Shown: positions 18,994 through 30,982, counted from the stretch's first letter. The stretch: 64,000 nucleotides of DNA from Halodesulfurarchaeum sp. (GCA_034520565.1 JAXHNL010000002.1:1088001-1152000), one strand, 5' to 3'. Notes: generated from the letters alone by a model not told the origin. A program made the numbers and translations.

Positions 18994-20455
18994 CTACCCC
19001 TTGATGTTCAGGACGGGGAAGGTGCGAACGACCGGATCACCGATGCCCAGCTCCTTCGAGACGCGGACGACCTCGTCGACGTCCTTGTAGACGCCGGGTG
19101 CCTCTTCGGCGATCGTCGCGCCGCTCTGGGCCCGGACGTAGATCTGGCTCTCGGATTCGAGGGCCTCCTGGACGTCTTCGCCCCAGAACTCCTGTTTGGC
19201 CTGCGTGCGACTCATCAGTCGGCCGGCCCCGTGGGCCGTCGAGCCGAAGGACCGTTCCATGGACGCCTCGCCGCCCCGAAGGACGTAACTTCCGGACCCC
19301 ATCGATCCGGGGATGATGACCGGCTGGCCGACGTCTCGGTATTGCGCGGGGACTTCGGGATGGCCCGGTGGGAAGGCTCTGGTGGCGCCTTTCCGGTGGA
19401 CGTAGACGTCACGCTTGGCTCCCTCGATCTCGTGGGTCTCCTTCTTGCCGATGTTGTGGGCGACGTCGTAGAGCAGTTCCATCCCCAGATCCTGCCAGTC
19501 CGCCTCGAAGACGTCGGCGAAGACCTGTCTGCGTCTGGTAGGCGATCAACTGGCGGTTGACCCACGCGAAGTTGATCGCGGCGTTCATGGCCGCGTAGTA
19601 CTCCTCGGCGAGCGGGCTCCCGGCGGGTGCGGCCGCGAGTTCCCGGTCCGGGAGCGATTCGAGCAGGTCGGCGTGCTCCTGTTCGATCTTCCGGAGATAA
19701 TCCGTACAGACCTGGTGGCCGAGTCCCCGGGAGCCACAGTGGATGAGAACGACCAGTTGTCCCTCCCGTAAGTCGTACGCGTCGGCGACCTGCTCGTCGA
19801 AGACGTCCGTTACCTCTTGGACCTCAAGGAAGTGATTGCCGCTCCCGAGACTCCCGATCTGCTTGCGACCGCGATCCTTGGCCTCCTGGGAGACCGCACT
19901 CGGATCGGCCTCCTCGCGGAAGCCGTTGTCCTCGCAGTGTTCGAGATCAGACTCGACGGCATAGCCCACATCGAGCGCCCATTGCATTCCACGATCGAGG
20001 ATCTCCTCGATCGTCGCTGAGGTCCCCTGGACGACCCCGCCCGCTCCGAGGCCGGAGGGGATGGTCTCGAAGAGCGCGTCGACGAGTTCTTCCTCCTTGC
20101 CCGTGATGTCCTCGCGGGTGAGGTTCGTCCGGAGCATTCGGACGCCGCAATTGATGTCATAGCCGATCGCTCCGGGACTGATGACGCCGTCCTCGGCGTC
20201 GATGGCCGCGACGCCACCGACCGGGAAGCCATAGCCCTGGTGGGCGTCCGGCATGGCGATGGCCGGTTCGTAGATCCCGGGCAGGTGGGTGACGTTTCGC
20301 AGCTGTTCGAGGGTCTTGTCCTCGGCGATCTCTTCGAGCAGCGCCTCGCTGGCGTAGACGCGAGCCCGGACGTTCATGTCGTCCGCCCGAGGAATCTCCC
20401 AGGTGAGCGGGGCGACTCGCTCGAGGGTGATGTCACCGGCTTCGAAAGTCGTCAT
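18994..20455 (-). CDS. rtcB: tRNA-splicing/RNA-repair ligase RtcB; single +1 frameshift near 19531
   Basis: MPDAHQGYGFPVGG, DINCGVR, GSGNHFLE and HCGSRG in frame 1; YDVAHN, HRKGAT, PGSMG and HGAGR in frame 2. Removing one base restores YQTRQVFADVFEADWQDLGMELLYDVAHN. Confidence 0.92.
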
Positions 20456-20522
20456 GGGAGAACTAACGGGACCGACCTACAAAGGCTTGGCCAGTCGCCG
20501 TTGAAAGGCGATCGGGCCCCGG

Positions 20523-20996
20523 TCAGACGTCGACGACGACGTAGGCGTACCACTCCCCGTTCCGATCCTCGAGTACCATCTCGGAGTACGTGATCGCCTT
20601 GACCTCCCGGGCGGCGACGTCGGCCAGTGGGACCCCGCGGGCCGTCCCTTCGACGACCCACTCCGAGCCGACTTCCCGGACCGTCACTCTGTTCTCGACC
20701 GGGAGCACGTTCTCGACGTCCCGGACGTAAATGAGCCGGTCGAGATAATCGAACAGCGTCGCGGAGAGGCTTTCGGCCCGGACTGTCACCTCGAGTGGGT
20801 CCCCGTGGTCCGGGATCTCGTCGAGATGGGCCGATGCAAGCCCGTCGGCGACCGCCCCGAAGACGCCATCGAGTGTGGGTGCGGTCGCCTCGATGGCCAC
20901 GTCGGCGGTGTGGGATTTGAGTTCGAAGCGGGTCGATCGGGGCGCCAGTCCCGACTCTCGATCCGCATCCCCGTCATGCTCCGACCCGTCGTTCAT
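20523..20996 (-). CDS. Archease (RtcB activator)
   Basis: HTADVAI, EVKAITY, C-terminal VVVDV; directly upstream of rtcB. Confidence 0.92.
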   Translation of the reverse strand: MNDGSEHDGDADRESGLAPRSTRFELKSHTADVAIEATAPTLDGVFGAVADGLASAHLDEIPDHGDPLEVTVRAESLSATLFDYLDRLIYVRDVENVLPVENRVTVREVGSEWVVEGTARGVPLADVAAREVKAITYSEMVLEDRNGEWYAYVVVDV

Positions 20997-21053
20997 ACGA
21001 GTACTTCCGTGGTGGCGGTGGTATTATGTTTCGGGACTGGATACTCACGGGTA

Positions 21054-21530
21054 GTGAGTGTCACCCTCGAACGCCGGACGATCCCGCCCGGGGAGGACGA
21101 CCACCTCCAGGAGGCCTGGGATCTGAAAGAGCACATCCGGGACTCGGAGGAACTCCTCAAACAGCGCTGGGGGTTTTTCGCGGACGCCTACCGGAAGGCG
21201 ACCGTTCATGCCTACTTTGACGACGAGACGCTCGTCGGTTTCGCGGCGGCCCGCGGTGACGGCTACATCCTCTTCCTCGGCATCCATCCCGATTACCGGG
21301 GCCGCGGACTGGGCGAACGGCTCATCGCGGCCATCGCCGAGAACTCGAATGGCGTCTCGTGTCACGCACGTGTGAGCAATCAGAACGCCCTCGCCTTCTA
21401 CGACCACCTCGGCTTCGAGACCGTCAGACGGATCGAGGACTACTACGAGGACGGCGTGGACGCATACTACCTCCGGCTCGGGGACAGCGACCGGCTGATC
21501 GAGCGACTGACTGAACTGTTGGGTCGATAG
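21054..21530 (+). CDS. GNAT-family N-acetyltransferase (RimI-like)
   Basis: HPDYRGRGLG, N..ALAFY..LGF, YYEDG.DA; GTG start. Confidence 0.88.
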   Translation: MSVTLERRTIPPGEDDHLQEAWDLKEHIRDSEELLKQRWGFFADAYRKATVHAYFDDETLVGFAAARGDGYILFLGIHPDYRGRGLGERLIAAIAENSNGVSCHARVSNQNALAFYDHLGFETVRRIEDYYEDGVDAYYLRLGDSDRLIERLTELLGR

Positions 21531-21595
21531 TTTCCCGGGACGTGGACGAACCGGGGACGAAACCTCTTATACGGGGCGGGACTACGGATCTGGCA

Positions 21596-22771
21596 ATGGA
21601 GGAGCGCACGCGGTCGTACCTCCGGGGGCGGTTCCGTGACTTCTATCGCCGGAATTCGCCGGTCGAACCCCCGGACGCCACGGCCCGCGAGTGGGGGTAC
21701 ATCCCCTGGAAGGGCGGGTCGGGGACGACGATGATCCGTCACCGGTCGGTCCACGACCTGGGTTCGCTCGACGCGTTTCTCGAGCGCGAGCGCCCCCGCC
21801 ACGTCTACTTTTCTGCGGGTCGGTACGAGGATCCGAGCGCCCGGTCGATGGACGGGAAAGGCTGGCTGGGGTCGGACCTGGTCTTCGACCTCGATGCCGA
21901 TCACCTCCCCGAGGTGAACCCACAGGACGACTCCTACGCGGAGATGCTCGCAGCGTGCAAGGACGCCCTCCTGCGACTGCTCGACCTGCTCGAACGGGAC
22001 TTCGGGTTCGAGGACCTCTCGATCACGTTCTCCGGCGGCCGGGGGTATCACGTCCACGTCAGGGACCCGTCGATCCAGTCTCTCGATCGGGAACAGCGCC
22101 GCGAGGTCGTCGAGTACGTCCGGGGAAGCGGGCTCTCCCTCGAGTCGCTGCTCACCGAGGAGCCCGTGGCCGGGATGGGCCGGAAAACACCGACTGCCCG
22201 CCGCTCGCTACCCACGAGTGGGGGATGGGGTCGTCGTGTGGTCTCCCGGGTCCAGGCACTGACCGAGGAACTGCTCGAACTGGACGAGGAACAGGCTATC
22301 GACCGACTCACCGACTTCGCCGGCGTCGGCGAGACGAAAGCCGCGGCGGTCCTGTCAGTGGTCAAACGAAACACCGACGCCGTCATGGCCGGGAACGTGG
22401 ACGTCCATCCGGCCTTTCTCCCGGTGGTTCGCGCGATGGTCGAGAAAACCGTGGAAACCGACGCCTCGGCGATCGACGAACCGGTCACGACGGACACCCA
22501 TCGACTGATCCGACTCCCGGGATCGTTGCACGGGGGGAGTGGTCTGCGGGTCGTCCCGCTCGATCGGGCGGACGTGGCGGACTTCGATCCACTGAGCGAG
22601 GCGATCCCCGAGACCTTCCGGGGACACGAGATCGAGGTTGAAGTGACGGAACCCCGAACGGTCGAACTCGACGGGGAAAGCCTTAGTGTGCGCCCGGGCT
22701 ACCACGAACTACCTGAATACGCGGGCATCTACCTGATGGCCCGCGGATGGGCCGAGAAGGCCCAGGAGTAA
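21596..22771 (+). CDS. priS: DNA primase catalytic small subunit
   Basis: REWG, DLVFDLDAD, FSGGRGYHVHV, IDEPVTTDTHRLIRLPGSLH. Confidence 0.95.
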   Translation: MEERTRSYLRGRFRDFYRRNSPVEPPDATAREWGYIPWKGGSGTTMIRHRSVHDLGSLDAFLERERPRHVYFSAGRYEDPSARSMDGKGWLGSDLVFDLDADHLPEVNPQDDSYAEMLAACKDALLRLLDLLERDFGFEDLSITFSGGRGYHVHVRDPSIQSLDREQRREVVEYVRGSGLSLESLLTEEPVAGMGRKTPTARRSLPTSGGWGRRVVSRVQALTEELLELDEEQAIDRLTDFAGVGETKAAAVLSVVKRNTDAVMAGNVDVHPAFLPVVRAMVEKTVETDASAIDEPVTTDTHRLIRLPGSLHGGSGLRVVPLDRADVADFDPLSEAIPETFRGHEIEVEVTEPRTVELDGESLSVRPGYHELPEYAGIYLMARGWAEKAQE

Positions 22772-22773
22772 TC

Positions 22774-23532
22774 ATGGATCTATCGGAGCTACGCCGGGTA
22801 CAACGAAAGGAGCGATCGACCGACAGCCTCCAGGAGCTCCGGGAATCCTTCTACGCCGATGTCGCCGAATACGTCCAGTCGCTGCGCGAGGAGCGATCCG
22901 CGGCCGCTGCGGAAGCCGAAGACCCGTTCCGGTCCACGAAGGTGACTGACCTCTCGAAGGAAATCGAGACGGCAGAACACATCGCCGAGGCGGTCTATCA
23001 GCGCCGGATCGGGAAACTGGTCGACGAGGCCAGTCTCTCGGCGACGGGATCCGGCGGGGTGAAATCGGGCCTCACCGCCGAAGAGCAGGACCTGTACGAC
23101 GATCTCGTCGCTCGCATCGAGGAGAACATGGCCGACGTCCTCGATCAGTTCGCGGGAGGACGCCCCTCGGGTGACGGGAGCGAGGACGATCCGACAGGTT
23201 CTCGATCGATGGCGCAATCGTTCGGTTCCGGATCGACCGAGACGGCCGATGACACCGCGACCGAGACGGAATCCGATTCGAACGGGGGGTCGAACCCCGC
23301 AGACGTGATGGGTCCAGACATCGAGAACGACGAGGGGCCAGACGAGTCCGGGCAAACAGCGGACACGGGGGACGACGTCGACCGGACGACGGTCAGGATG
23401 ACGACCGACGTGGGCGAAATTTTCGGCGTCGATGCCGAGTCCTATGACCTCCAGCGCGACGACATCGTCGACCTGCCGACGGAAAACGCCGACCCGCTAC
23501 TCGACCGGGACGCCGCAGAGCGGATCGACTGA
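22774..23532 (+). CDS. ginS: DNA replication factor GINS
   Basis: ER....LQEL...FY, RRIGK, LTAEE..LY, acidic linker and C-terminal B-domain (GVDAESYDL...V.LP..NA); follows priS as in the known haloarchaeal operon. Confidence 0.85.
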   Translation: MDLSELRRVQRKERSTDSLQELRESFYADVAEYVQSLREERSAAAAEAEDPFRSTKVTDLSKEIETAEHIAEAVYQRRIGKLVDEASLSATGSGGVKSGLTAEEQDLYDDLVARIEENMADVLDQFAGGRPSGDGSEDDPTGSRSMAQSFGSGSTETADDTATETESDSNGGSNPADVMGPDIENDEGPDESGQTADTGDDVDRTTVRMTTDVGEIFGVDAESYDLQRDDIVDLPTENADPLLDRDAAERID

Positions 23533-23569
23533 AGTACGGAGACTCGGCGTGGAAAAAAACGTCGCGTCG

Positions 23570-25858
23570 CTACTGGAACGTCCGACCGAACTTCTCGTCG
23601 GTCGCCCCCTCGGGGTCCTGCCGGGCCGTATCGAAGTGCTCCTCGAGTTCCTCATAGCGGCGTTTGACCTCCTCGTCGATCGACGGGGAAACTTCCCTGA
23701 GGGCGTGCTCGAAGTGCTCGGCGGTCACACGAACGTTTCCGGCACTCTCGGTGGCTTCTGCTGGATCGACGCTGTTGATGAACTCCCTGGTCGCCTGCAT
23801 GGTTGCCTCGCGACAGACGGCCTCGATGTCCGCACCGACGTAGTTCTCGGTCCGTGCGGCGAGGTCGTCGAGGTCCACGCTGTCGGCCAGGGGTTTGTGC
23901 TCGGTGTGGACCTCGAAGATGGCACGCCGTGCCTCCTCGTCGGGAATCGGGACGTGGATGTGCCGGTCGAGTCGACCGGGCCGGATCAGGGCGTCGTCGA
24001 TCAGGTCCGGACGGTTCGTCGTGGCGATGACGACGACGTCCTCGAGGGATTCGATGCCGTCGAGTTCGCTCAACAGCTGTGAGACGACCCGTTCGCCGAC
24101 GCCGGAGTCGCCCATCTGGCGGCCCCGTTTGCCGGCGATCGCGTCGATCTCGTCGAAGAAGATCACGGCCGGCGCGTTCTGGCGGGCTTTCTCGAAGATC
24201 TCACGCACGCCTTTCTCGCTTTCCCCGACGTACTTGTTGAGGAGTTCGGGTCCCTTCACCGAGATGAAGTTGTTCTTGGCCTCGTTGGCCACGGCCTTCG
24301 CGAGCAGCGTCTTCCCGGTTCCCGGCGGGCCGTAGAGCAGGATGCCGCGGGGCGATTCGAGGTCCATCTGCTTGAAGACCTCCGGGAACTCGAGGGGCCA
24401 CTGAACGGTCTCGCGGAGCCGCTCTTTCGTCTCCTCGAGTCCGCCGACGTTTTCCCAGGTGACGTCCGGGATCTCGACGAAGACCTCCCGGAGTCCGGAG
24501 GGGGTGATCCCCTTCATGGCATCCCTGAAGTCGTCGTCGAGAACGGTGAGATCCTCCAGAATCTCGGCGTCGATCTCGTCGGCCTCGAGATCGATCTGCG
24601 GGCGGATGCGCCGCAGCGCGTTCATGGCGGCTTCTTTCGCGAGTTGCTCGATGTCGGCGCCCACGTAGCCGTGGGTGTTCTCCGCGTACTCGTCGATGTC
24701 GATGGCATCGGCGAGGGGCATCCCGCGGGTGTGAACCTGGAAGATCTCCTTTCGACCCTCCCGGTCCGGCACGCCGACTTCGATCTCCCGGTCGAACCGC
24801 CCGCCGCGTCGAAGCGCCGGATCAATGGCGTCGACGCGGTTCGAGGCCGCAATGACGACCACGTCGCCCCGTTCTTCGAGCCCGTCCATAAGCGAGAGCA
24901 GTTGGGCGACGACTCGCCGTTCGACGTCCCCTGAAGTCTCTCCGCGCTTCGGAGCGATCGAGTCGATCTCGTCGATGAAGATCACCGCCGGGGCCTGCTC
25001 CTCGGCCTCTTCGAAGACTTCCCGGAGCTGTTCCTCGCTCTCGCCGTAGTACTTCGACATGATCTCCGGCCCGGAGATCGTCTGGAAGTGGGCGTCGATC
25101 TCGCTCGCGACTGCCTTGGCGATGAGCGTCTTTCCCGTCCCGGGCGGGCCGTGCAGGAGCACCCCTTTGGGGGGTTCGATGCCGAGTTGCTGGAAGAGTT
25201 CGGGGTGGCGCATCGGCAGTTCGATCATCTCCCGGACCTGCTCGAGTTCGTCGTCGAGGCCGCCGATGTCCTCGTAGGTGATCGACGGGGTTTGCGTCTC
25301 CGGTTGTCCGGTGCCGACCCCGATCTCTTCGGCCGGTTTTTCGCTGACGTGGATCTCCGTGGAATCGGTCACCACGACGGTTCCGTCAGGCTCGGTGTCC
25401 GCGATTTTCAGCGGGATCTGCTGGCCGGAGACCGCCGCCATCCCACCGAGACCGAGCGAGACGTGGACGGTTTGTCCGGTCGTGACCGGGCGGCCCGAGA
25501 GCTTCTCGCGGATCATCGGTTCGACGTTCCCGCGAATCCGCAGGTTCTGTGGCAGTGCGATCGTCACCGACGTGGCCGGTTTGATGTCCGCCTTGGTGAT
25601 CACCACGCGGTCCTCGATGCCGACGTTTGCCTCCTGGCGGAGTCGTCCGTCGATGCGGATCACGCTCCCGCCCTCGTCCTCCGGATAACCCGGCCAGACC
25701 CGCGCGACGGCTCGACCCTGATTGGGTCCCTCGATGACGATGTAATCGCCGTTCTCGAGGTCCAGCTCCTCCATCGCCCGTCTGTCGATTGCCGCCAGTC
25801 CCCGTCCCGCGTGCTTCTGTTTGAGGGGTTTGACGACGAGTTTGAGCCGTTCGCTCAT
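23570..25858 (-). CDS. cdc48: CDC48/VCP-family AAA+ ATPase
   Basis: Two AAA modules (GPPGTGKT twice, [17 protein letters not shown]) and an N-domain. Confidence 0.96.
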   Translation of the reverse strand: MSERLKLVVKPLKQKHAGRGLAAIDRRAMEELDLENGDYIVIEGPNQGRAVARVWPGYPEDEGGSVIRIDGRLRQEANVGIEDRVVITKADIKPATSVTIALPQNLRIRGNVEPMIREKLSGRPVTTGQTVHVSLGLGGMAAVSGQQIPLKIADTEPDGTVVVTDSTEIHVSEKPAEEIGVGTGQPETQTPSITYEDIGGLDDELEQVREMIELPMRHPELFQQLGIEPPKGVLLHGPPGTGKTLIAKAVASEIDAHFQTISGPEIMSKYYGESEEQLREVFEEAEEQAPAVIFIDEIDSIAPKRGETSGDVERRVVAQLLSLMDGLEERGDVVVIAASNRVDAIDPALRRGGRFDREIEVGVPDREGRKEIFQVHTRGMPLADAIDIDEYAENTHGYVGADIEQLAKEAAMNALRRIRPQIDLEADEIDAEILEDLTVLDDDFRDAMKGITPSGLREVFVEIPDVTWENVGGLEETKERLRETVQWPLEFPEVFKQMDLESPRGILLYGPPGTGKTLLAKAVANEAKNNFISVKGPELLNKYVGESEKGVREIFEKARQNAPAVIFFDEIDAIAGKRGRQMGDSGVGERVVSQLLSELDGIESLEDVVVIATTNRPDLIDDALIRPGRLDRHIHVPIPDEEARRAIFEVHTEHKPLADSVDLDDLAARTENYVGADIEAVCREATMQATREFINSVDPAEATESAGNVRVTAEHFEHALREVSPSIDEEVKRRYEELEEHFDTARQDPEGATDEKFGRTFQ

Positions 25859-26106
25859 GCTTCGTTCACCTCGATAGTGAGGACGCCGTTCGTGATAAAC
25901 GTGTTCGCGACCCCGCTTTCCGGAAGGTCCATCTCGAACTGTGAGGTCCGCTCACCGTTCTCCAAGACCACGATCGCGACGTCTTCGAGGACGTCGACCG
26001 TGGCGTCTCGAGCTCCTGCTCCGAGGTCGGCGACGATTCGCATTCCGCTTTCGGTCCTCTCCCGGAAGACCGGGACGTCCGACATTCGTGTCGCATTCGT
26101 GTCCAT
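25855..26106 (-). CDS. Small Hsp20-like protein co-transcribed with cdc48
   Basis: IVADLG...NGVLTIEV alpha-crystallin-like end; 4-nt overlap with cdc48. Confidence 0.75.
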   Translation of the reverse strand: MDTNATRMSDVPVFRERTESGMRIVADLGAGARDATVDVLEDVAIVVLENGERTSQFEMDLPESGVANTFITNGVLTIEVNEA

Positions 26107-26129
26107 GTTACTAACTCCGAGTAATCCAT

Positions 26130-26150
26130 TCATCTATATAAAACTGTTGC
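26130..26150 (-). promoter_or_regulatory. Candidate TATA box of the hsp20-like/cdc48 operon
   Basis: TTTTATATA on the minus strand about 30 nt upstream of the ATG at 26106. Confidence 0.5.
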
Positions 26151-26232
26151 TATCAAACCCACGGAAGGCGACAGGGTTGGAATTAGTAGTGGGGTTGTGA
26201 TTCGGCTCGTGAACCCCTCCTGTGTCTCCCCG

Positions 26233-27010
26233 CTACTCTCGAGGGAATTCGCCACGCTCGACCGCCGCTCGATATGTTTCGACCGCGTTCCGCATTTCGC
26301 CGGCCACGTCCCCGAACTGCTTGGCGAATGGTGGTGGGTTCCGATCGGTCAAACCGAGCACGTCAGCCAGCACCAGCACCTGCCCGTCGGTAGCCGGTCC
26401 GGCGCCGATTCCGACGGTTGGGACGTCGAGGGCCTCCGTGACGGCTGTCCCGACGGACGCGGGAACGTGTTCGACGACGACCGCGAAGGCACCCGCCTTC
26501 TGGTGGTCGACAGCGATTCGTTCGATTTCGGCCGCTTCCTCCGGGGTGGTGCCTGCCTTCCCCAGCCCGCCTTCTTGATGGGTGTGTTGTGGTCGCGTAC
26601 CCACGTGAGCCATCACCGGAATTCCCATCTCGGTCAGCCGCTCGGTGAGTGTGACGGTATGGGGACCGCTCTCCAGTTTGACGGCGTCGGCGCCTGCCTC
26701 CTTGATCATTCGCCCGCAGTTCTGGATACTCGCTCCGGTCTCCCCTCCGTAGGAGAGGAACGGCATGTCGGCGACGACCGGGACGTCCTCCGTCGCCCGG
26801 ACGACGGCAGCGGTGTGACTCTCCATCTCCTCGAGTGTGACCGGGATCGTTGAATCGTATCCGCAGAATCGAGTTGCCGAGACTGTCGCCGACGAGAATC
26901 ACGTCGATTCCGCTTTGCTCGACGACTCGGGCCGTCGGGGCGTCGTAGGCGGTGAGCATCGTGAGTGGTCGCTCACCGGGCCAGTTCCGCAGGTCCGCTA
27001 CGGTGGACAT
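26233..27010 (-). CDS. panB: 3-methyl-2-oxobutanoate hydroxymethyltransferase; frameshift near 26865
   Basis: LTAYDAP and LVGDSLG in one frame; [19 protein letters not shown] and IGAG..TDGQVLV in the next. Confidence 0.9.
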
Positions 27011-27047
27011 ACCGCTCACTCCGGGCCGGACCCGCTTAAAAACACGC

Positions 27048-27197
27048 TCACTCGAGCCGGGACAACGCGTCCGCGACGTCGAATGACTCGGTCCGTTCTT
27101 TGCCTTCCTCGCCCCGTTCGACGTCCTCCTGCTCCTCGTCGATTTCGACGTCCGGTCCGCCGTCGTCGGTGTACTCGCTGTGGACGCCCCAGGGCAT
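27048..27197 (-). CDS. Small acidic protein (49 aa; true start may be 27241 with an indel)
   Basis: Manual translation: [49 protein letters not shown]; fills the gap between alaX and panB. Confidence 0.45.
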   Translation of the reverse strand: MPWGVHSEYTDDGGPDVEIDEEQEDVERGEEGKERTESFDVADALSRLE

Positions 27198-27262
27198 CAG
27201 CGCCACCTCGGCGAGTCAGGTGTTCCGTTCTGTTCGTACATGCCCGTTCCTTCGCGAGGGGG

Positions 27263-28459
27263 TTATATTCCGCTTTCGGCCAGTTCGGCGAGGAAGTCTC
27301 GAACGGTTTCGGTCGAGGCATCGAGACCACCGCCCTGTGCGAAGGTGGGGCCACCTCCTCCACCGCCACCGAACTCCTCGGTGACCGCTTTTATGATCTC
27401 GCTGGCGTCGACCGAGCCGTCCGTCGCGACGACCACGAACGGGCGTCCGTCCCCGCCAGTTACAGCGATGACCGGTGTCTCCTCTTCGAGAAGCTCCTGG
27501 GCCTGCTCGCCTACTTCGTTGGCGTCGTACCCGTCGAGGACGCCGATTTGCCAGTCGCCGATGGTTTCCATGGCCCGCAACTCGTCGGCGAGCGCGGCGG
27601 TTTTGAACGACTCGAGTTCGCTTTCGAGTGTGTCGACTTCCGACTGGAGGCGCCTGACCTCCGCCGGCAGATCTTCGACCTGCGTGCCGATTTCCGCGGC
27701 GGCACGCCTGAGCGCGCTTTCCTCGATGGCCCGCCGTTCGATACCCGACGGCCCGACCGCGAATTCGACCCGCGTCAGCCCCTCGCCCGGGTTCGAGCGG
27801 TCGAGCACCGTGACTGGCCCGACCTCCCGCGTGTTCGAGACGTGGGTCCCCCCGCAGGCTCCGACGTCCCATCCGTCCACGGTCACGACTCGGACGGTGT
27901 CAGCGTCGGCCATGACGCCCTCCTCGGTGGCGGTGTTAAAGGCGATGTCATCGAGTTCGAGGGCCTCCTCCCGGGGCAATTCCTCCCAGGTAACCTCGCG
28001 TGAGTCCCAGATCGCCCGGTTGGTCTGCCGCTCGAGTTCGACGAGCAGGTCGTCGTCGACGTCCGTCGAGGTCTCGAAGTCCACGCGGACCTTTTCGTCT
28101 GCAATGTCGAAGCCTCCATAGCCGATGTTCTCGAACACACGACGCCCGGCCCCGTAGAGGACGTGACTGGCAGTGTGGGCTCGCATCGCGTAGGTGCGGA
28201 AGTCCCGGTCGATGACTGCCCCGATCGTCTCATCTATCTCGAAAGCGGGCTCGGCATCCAGGGTATGGATCACCTCGCCGTTTCTGGACTGTACGTCAGT
28301 GACCGGGATCCCCTCGATCGTCCCGCGATCAGCCGGTTGCCCACCGCCTTCCGGGTAGAAATAGGTCCCGGAGAGCCGGACGTCCGTGCCCTCGATTGCC
28401 TCGACGGTCGCTTCGAATTGCGTGATGTAGGGTTCATTCGGGCCTCGTGAGCCTGCCAT
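27263..28459 (-). CDS. alaX: Stand-alone alanyl-tRNA editing protein (AlaX) with C-terminal DHHA1 domain
   Basis: FYPEGGGQPAD.G, HTASH, CGGTHV, GGGGGG..FAQGGG. Confidence 0.9.
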   Translation of the reverse strand: MAGSRGPNEPYITQFEATVEAIEGTDVRLSGTYFYPEGGGQPADRGTIEGIPVTDVQSRNGEVIHTLDAEPAFEIDETIGAVIDRDFRTYAMRAHTASHVLYGAGRRVFENIGYGGFDIADEKVRVDFETSTDVDDDLLVELERQTNRAIWDSREVTWEELPREEALELDDIAFNTATEEGVMADADTVRVVTVDGWDVGACGGTHVSNTREVGPVTVLDRSNPGEGLTRVEFAVGPSGIERRAIEESALRRAAAEIGTQVEDLPAEVRRLQSEVDTLESELESFKTAALADELRAMETIGDWQIGVLDGYDANEVGEQAQELLEEETPVIAVTGGDGRPFVVVATDGSVDASEIIKAVTEEFGGGGGGGPTFAQGGGLDASTETVRDFLAELAESGI

Positions 28460-28506
28460 TACAGTGGCGAAGCCGACGATTCGTAAAAAACGGGTCGGTC
28501 GCCGAT

Positions 28507-29019
28507 TCACTCCTCGATCAGGTCCACGTCCAGCTCGGTCTCAAGTGCGCGGATCACCGAACCGCCAACCGAGGCCGAGGTCGCCCGCCCCTGTTCGACG
28601 GCGAGGAGATCGTTTTCGTCGATGCCGAGTTCGGCCGCGAGTTCCTCGCGCTGGTATCCCGCATCTTGTCGGGCCGCGAGAGCGCGTTCGCCGTAATCGG
28701 CGACGAGATAGGGGAGCCGGTCGGCCTCGTAGTCGGTCCCCTCCTTCTCCCAGTGGGTGGAATCCCCGGAGACGGCGTCCAAGGCCTTCGCCGTGTTCCG
28801 GGCGGCCCGCTTTCCTCGCGGTTCTCGGCCGTCAGCTCCACCGCCGCCGGAACTCGATCCCCGGCCCGTCCCTTCACCGAGGGACGAACAGTCCGAACAG
28901 ACCGAGAGCGTGGCCCCCTCCACGGTCACCCGCTCGAGGTCGTCGGTGGCGGTCCCGCAGAGTTCACAGGTCCCGCCTTCGCCACCGCGGTCAGTGCCGC
29001 CGGTGGAATATTTCGCCAT
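28507..29019 (-). CDS. Archaeal multiprotein bridging factor aMBF1 (Zn-ribbon plus HTH)
   Basis: CELCG...EGA.LSVCSDC, ARQDAG..REELA.ELG HTH. Confidence 0.88.
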   Translation of the reverse strand: MAKYSTGGTDRGGEGGTCELCGTATDDLERVTVEGATLSVCSDCSSLGEGTGRGSSSGGGGADGREPRGKRAARNTAKALDAVSGDSTHWEKEGTDYEADRLPYLVADYGERALAARQDAGYQREELAAELGIDENDLLAVEQGRATSASVGGSVIRALETELDVDLIEE

Positions 29020-29064
29020 ACTCCCCCGTATAGGGCCTGTCCATTTCAATAACCCGCTTGGGAG

Positions 29065-30927
29065 CTACTCGCCGCCGCTCCCGTCAGTCGCAAACTCGAA
29101 TCCCGTCGAAGTGTTCCCGGCGGTCATCTCCCGTGTCGTCGACGGCCCGTCATCGGCGTCTCTGGCTCCGGCCTCGAACTCGAAATCGCCCGCGACGGCC
29201 GTCGTTTTCGAATTCGACCGGGACCGGCGGTCCGCCCTCCCTCCGGCTGCGGCCCGCACTTCGAACTGCGAGAGCTTCGCTTCCAGGCTCTCGGCGTTCT
29301 CGGCCAGGTTGCTCGTGTTCTTTGCCACCTCGTTGAGCGTCGCGGCTTGCTCCTCAGCCGCGGCGGCGACCGTCTGGGATTCGGCCGCAGTCTGGTCGCT
29401 GATCGCCGCGATGTCCTCGATCATGGCCACGACGTCCTGCATCGACTCGGCCTGTTCGGCAGTCGCGTCGTTGACCTCCTCGATGGAGGTGTTGATCTCC
29501 GAGACGTTCTCGGCCATTTCCTCGAAGGCATCCGTCGCGGTTTCGACGGTGTCGGCTCCGATTTCGACCCGCTCGTCCATCTCCTTGATCTCTTTGACGG
29601 TCTGTTCGGACTGCTCCTGCACTTCGGTGATCAGGGCCTCGATCTCCTCGGCGGACTCCTTGGTCTCCTGGGCCAGGGACTTGACCTCCTCGGCGACGAC
29701 GGCAAAGCCATCGCCGCTCGCGTCGGCCCGGGCCGCCTCGATGCCGGCGTTGAGCGCGAGGATGTTCGTCTGGTCGGCGATGTCGAGGATGACGTCGGTG
29801 ATGTTGCCGATCTCTTCGAGGGTCTCGTTGAGTTCGCCCACGGCCGCGGTCACCGACGCACTCCGCTCCCGGAGCGTCTCCATCTCGGTTTCGGCCTTTT
29901 CGGCGGCGTCACGGCCAGCTTCGCCCACCTCAGCGGTCTGGTTGGTGAGCTGGGCGACGTTGTCCGAGGAGGCGGTGATCTCCTGGATCGTCGCCGAGAG
30001 GTTCTCGGACTCGTTCGAGGCCTCGTCCAGGCGGCGGCTCTCTTGATCGACACCGGCGGAGATCTCCTGGACGGACTCGCTGATGTCCTCGCTCGCGTTT
30101 TTGACCTCGGCGGCGTTGGTCTCAACGCCCTTGCTCTCATCGGCGACCTCCTCGGCGAACGAGATGAGATCTTGCATCATCTCCTCCCACTCGTCCAGGG
30201 TCTCGTTCAGCGACTGTCCGACCGCGGCCATGGCTTCGTGGTCAGTGTTCGTGTCCAGTCGCTGGGTGAGATCTCCGTCGCCGATTCTGGCGATGGTCCG
30301 CCGGTAGGACTCGGCGGTGTCGGTCAATTCGGCGTTCCGGCGCTCGATGGTCTCCCGTTCTGCCTGAAGGTCCTCGATCCGCTGTTCGAGGTTCTCCTCC
30401 ATCTGGCTCAGTGCCGTTCCGAAGCTTCCCGGTACGTCCTCGTTCAGGACCTCCGCGTCGAATTTCTCGTTGCTCAGGGCGTCTGCCTGCGAACTGACCG
30501 TTTCGAGGGAGGCGTTCATTCGGTCGAACGCGCGAACGAGGTCGCCGATCTCGTCGCGCTGTTCGGTTTCGGGAACCGTCTCGTCGAGTTCGCCCTCGGC
30601 GATCGACTCGGCGACCGTCTTCATCTCCTGAATCGGCGTGACGAAATCACGTTTGAGAATCAGGATGGTGTTCAACAGTGCGCCGACGGCCAGGACGAAC
30701 ACGACGCCGAAGACGGCCATTTCGGCCGTCGAGAATACCTCCCGGAACGTCTGGAATCCCAACAGCGCGACCCCGAGCACGAAGATCGAGACGATGGCCC
30801 CGAACTGGAGGAGCGTCGCCATCAGCATCTTGCGCTCGACGGTCTTTGTCACGCCGAGGGCGTCCATGACGCCCCAGAGCAGCCGTTCGTAGTGCCCCAT
30901 CAAACCGCGGGTTTTCTCTGTGGGCAT
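29065..30927 (-). CDS. Methyl-accepting transducer (Htr) with 2 TM helices, no extracellular domain and two HAMP domains; MpcT/Htr14-like
   Basis: [41 protein letters not shown] signalling domain. Confidence 0.92.
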   Translation of the reverse strand: MPTEKTRGLMGHYERLLWGVMDALGVTKTVERKMLMATLLQFGAIVSIFVLGVALLGFQTFREVFSTAEMAVFGVVFVLAVGALLNTILILKRDFVTPIQEMKTVAESIAEGELDETVPETEQRDEIGDLVRAFDRMNASLETVSSQADALSNEKFDAEVLNEDVPGSFGTALSQMEENLEQRIEDLQAERETIERRNAELTDTAESYRRTIARIGDGDLTQRLDTNTDHEAMAAVGQSLNETLDEWEEMMQDLISFAEEVADESKGVETNAAEVKNASEDISESVQEISAGVDQESRRLDEASNESENLSATIQEITASSDNVAQLTNQTAEVGEAGRDAAEKAETEMETLRERSASVTAAVGELNETLEEIGNITDVILDIADQTNILALNAGIEAARADASGDGFAVVAEEVKSLAQETKESAEEIEALITEVQEQSEQTVKEIKEMDERVEIGADTVETATDAFEEMAENVSEINTSIEEVNDATAEQAESMQDVVAMIEDIAAISDQTAAESQTVAAAAEEQAATLNEVAKNTSNLAENAESLEAKLSQFEVRAAAGGRADRRSRSNSKTTAVAGDFEFEAGARDADDGPSTTREMTAGNTSTGFEFATDGSGGE

Positions 30928-30982
30928 GGTAGCGATATGGCTGAGTTGTCTCTATCCTTCACTAAAACCCTATGGGTTGGTT

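Noticed and set aside
19520-19540. Programmed frameshift or intron in rtcB
   Set aside because: There is no slippery heptamer or bulge-helix-bulge motif, a single extra base explains it, and many similar indels occur in the window.
18098-20996. Archease-rtcB-eIF2B-like run as a novel RNA repair system
   Set aside because: Archease-RtcB pairing is well established, and the eIF2B-like neighbour has no evident functional link.
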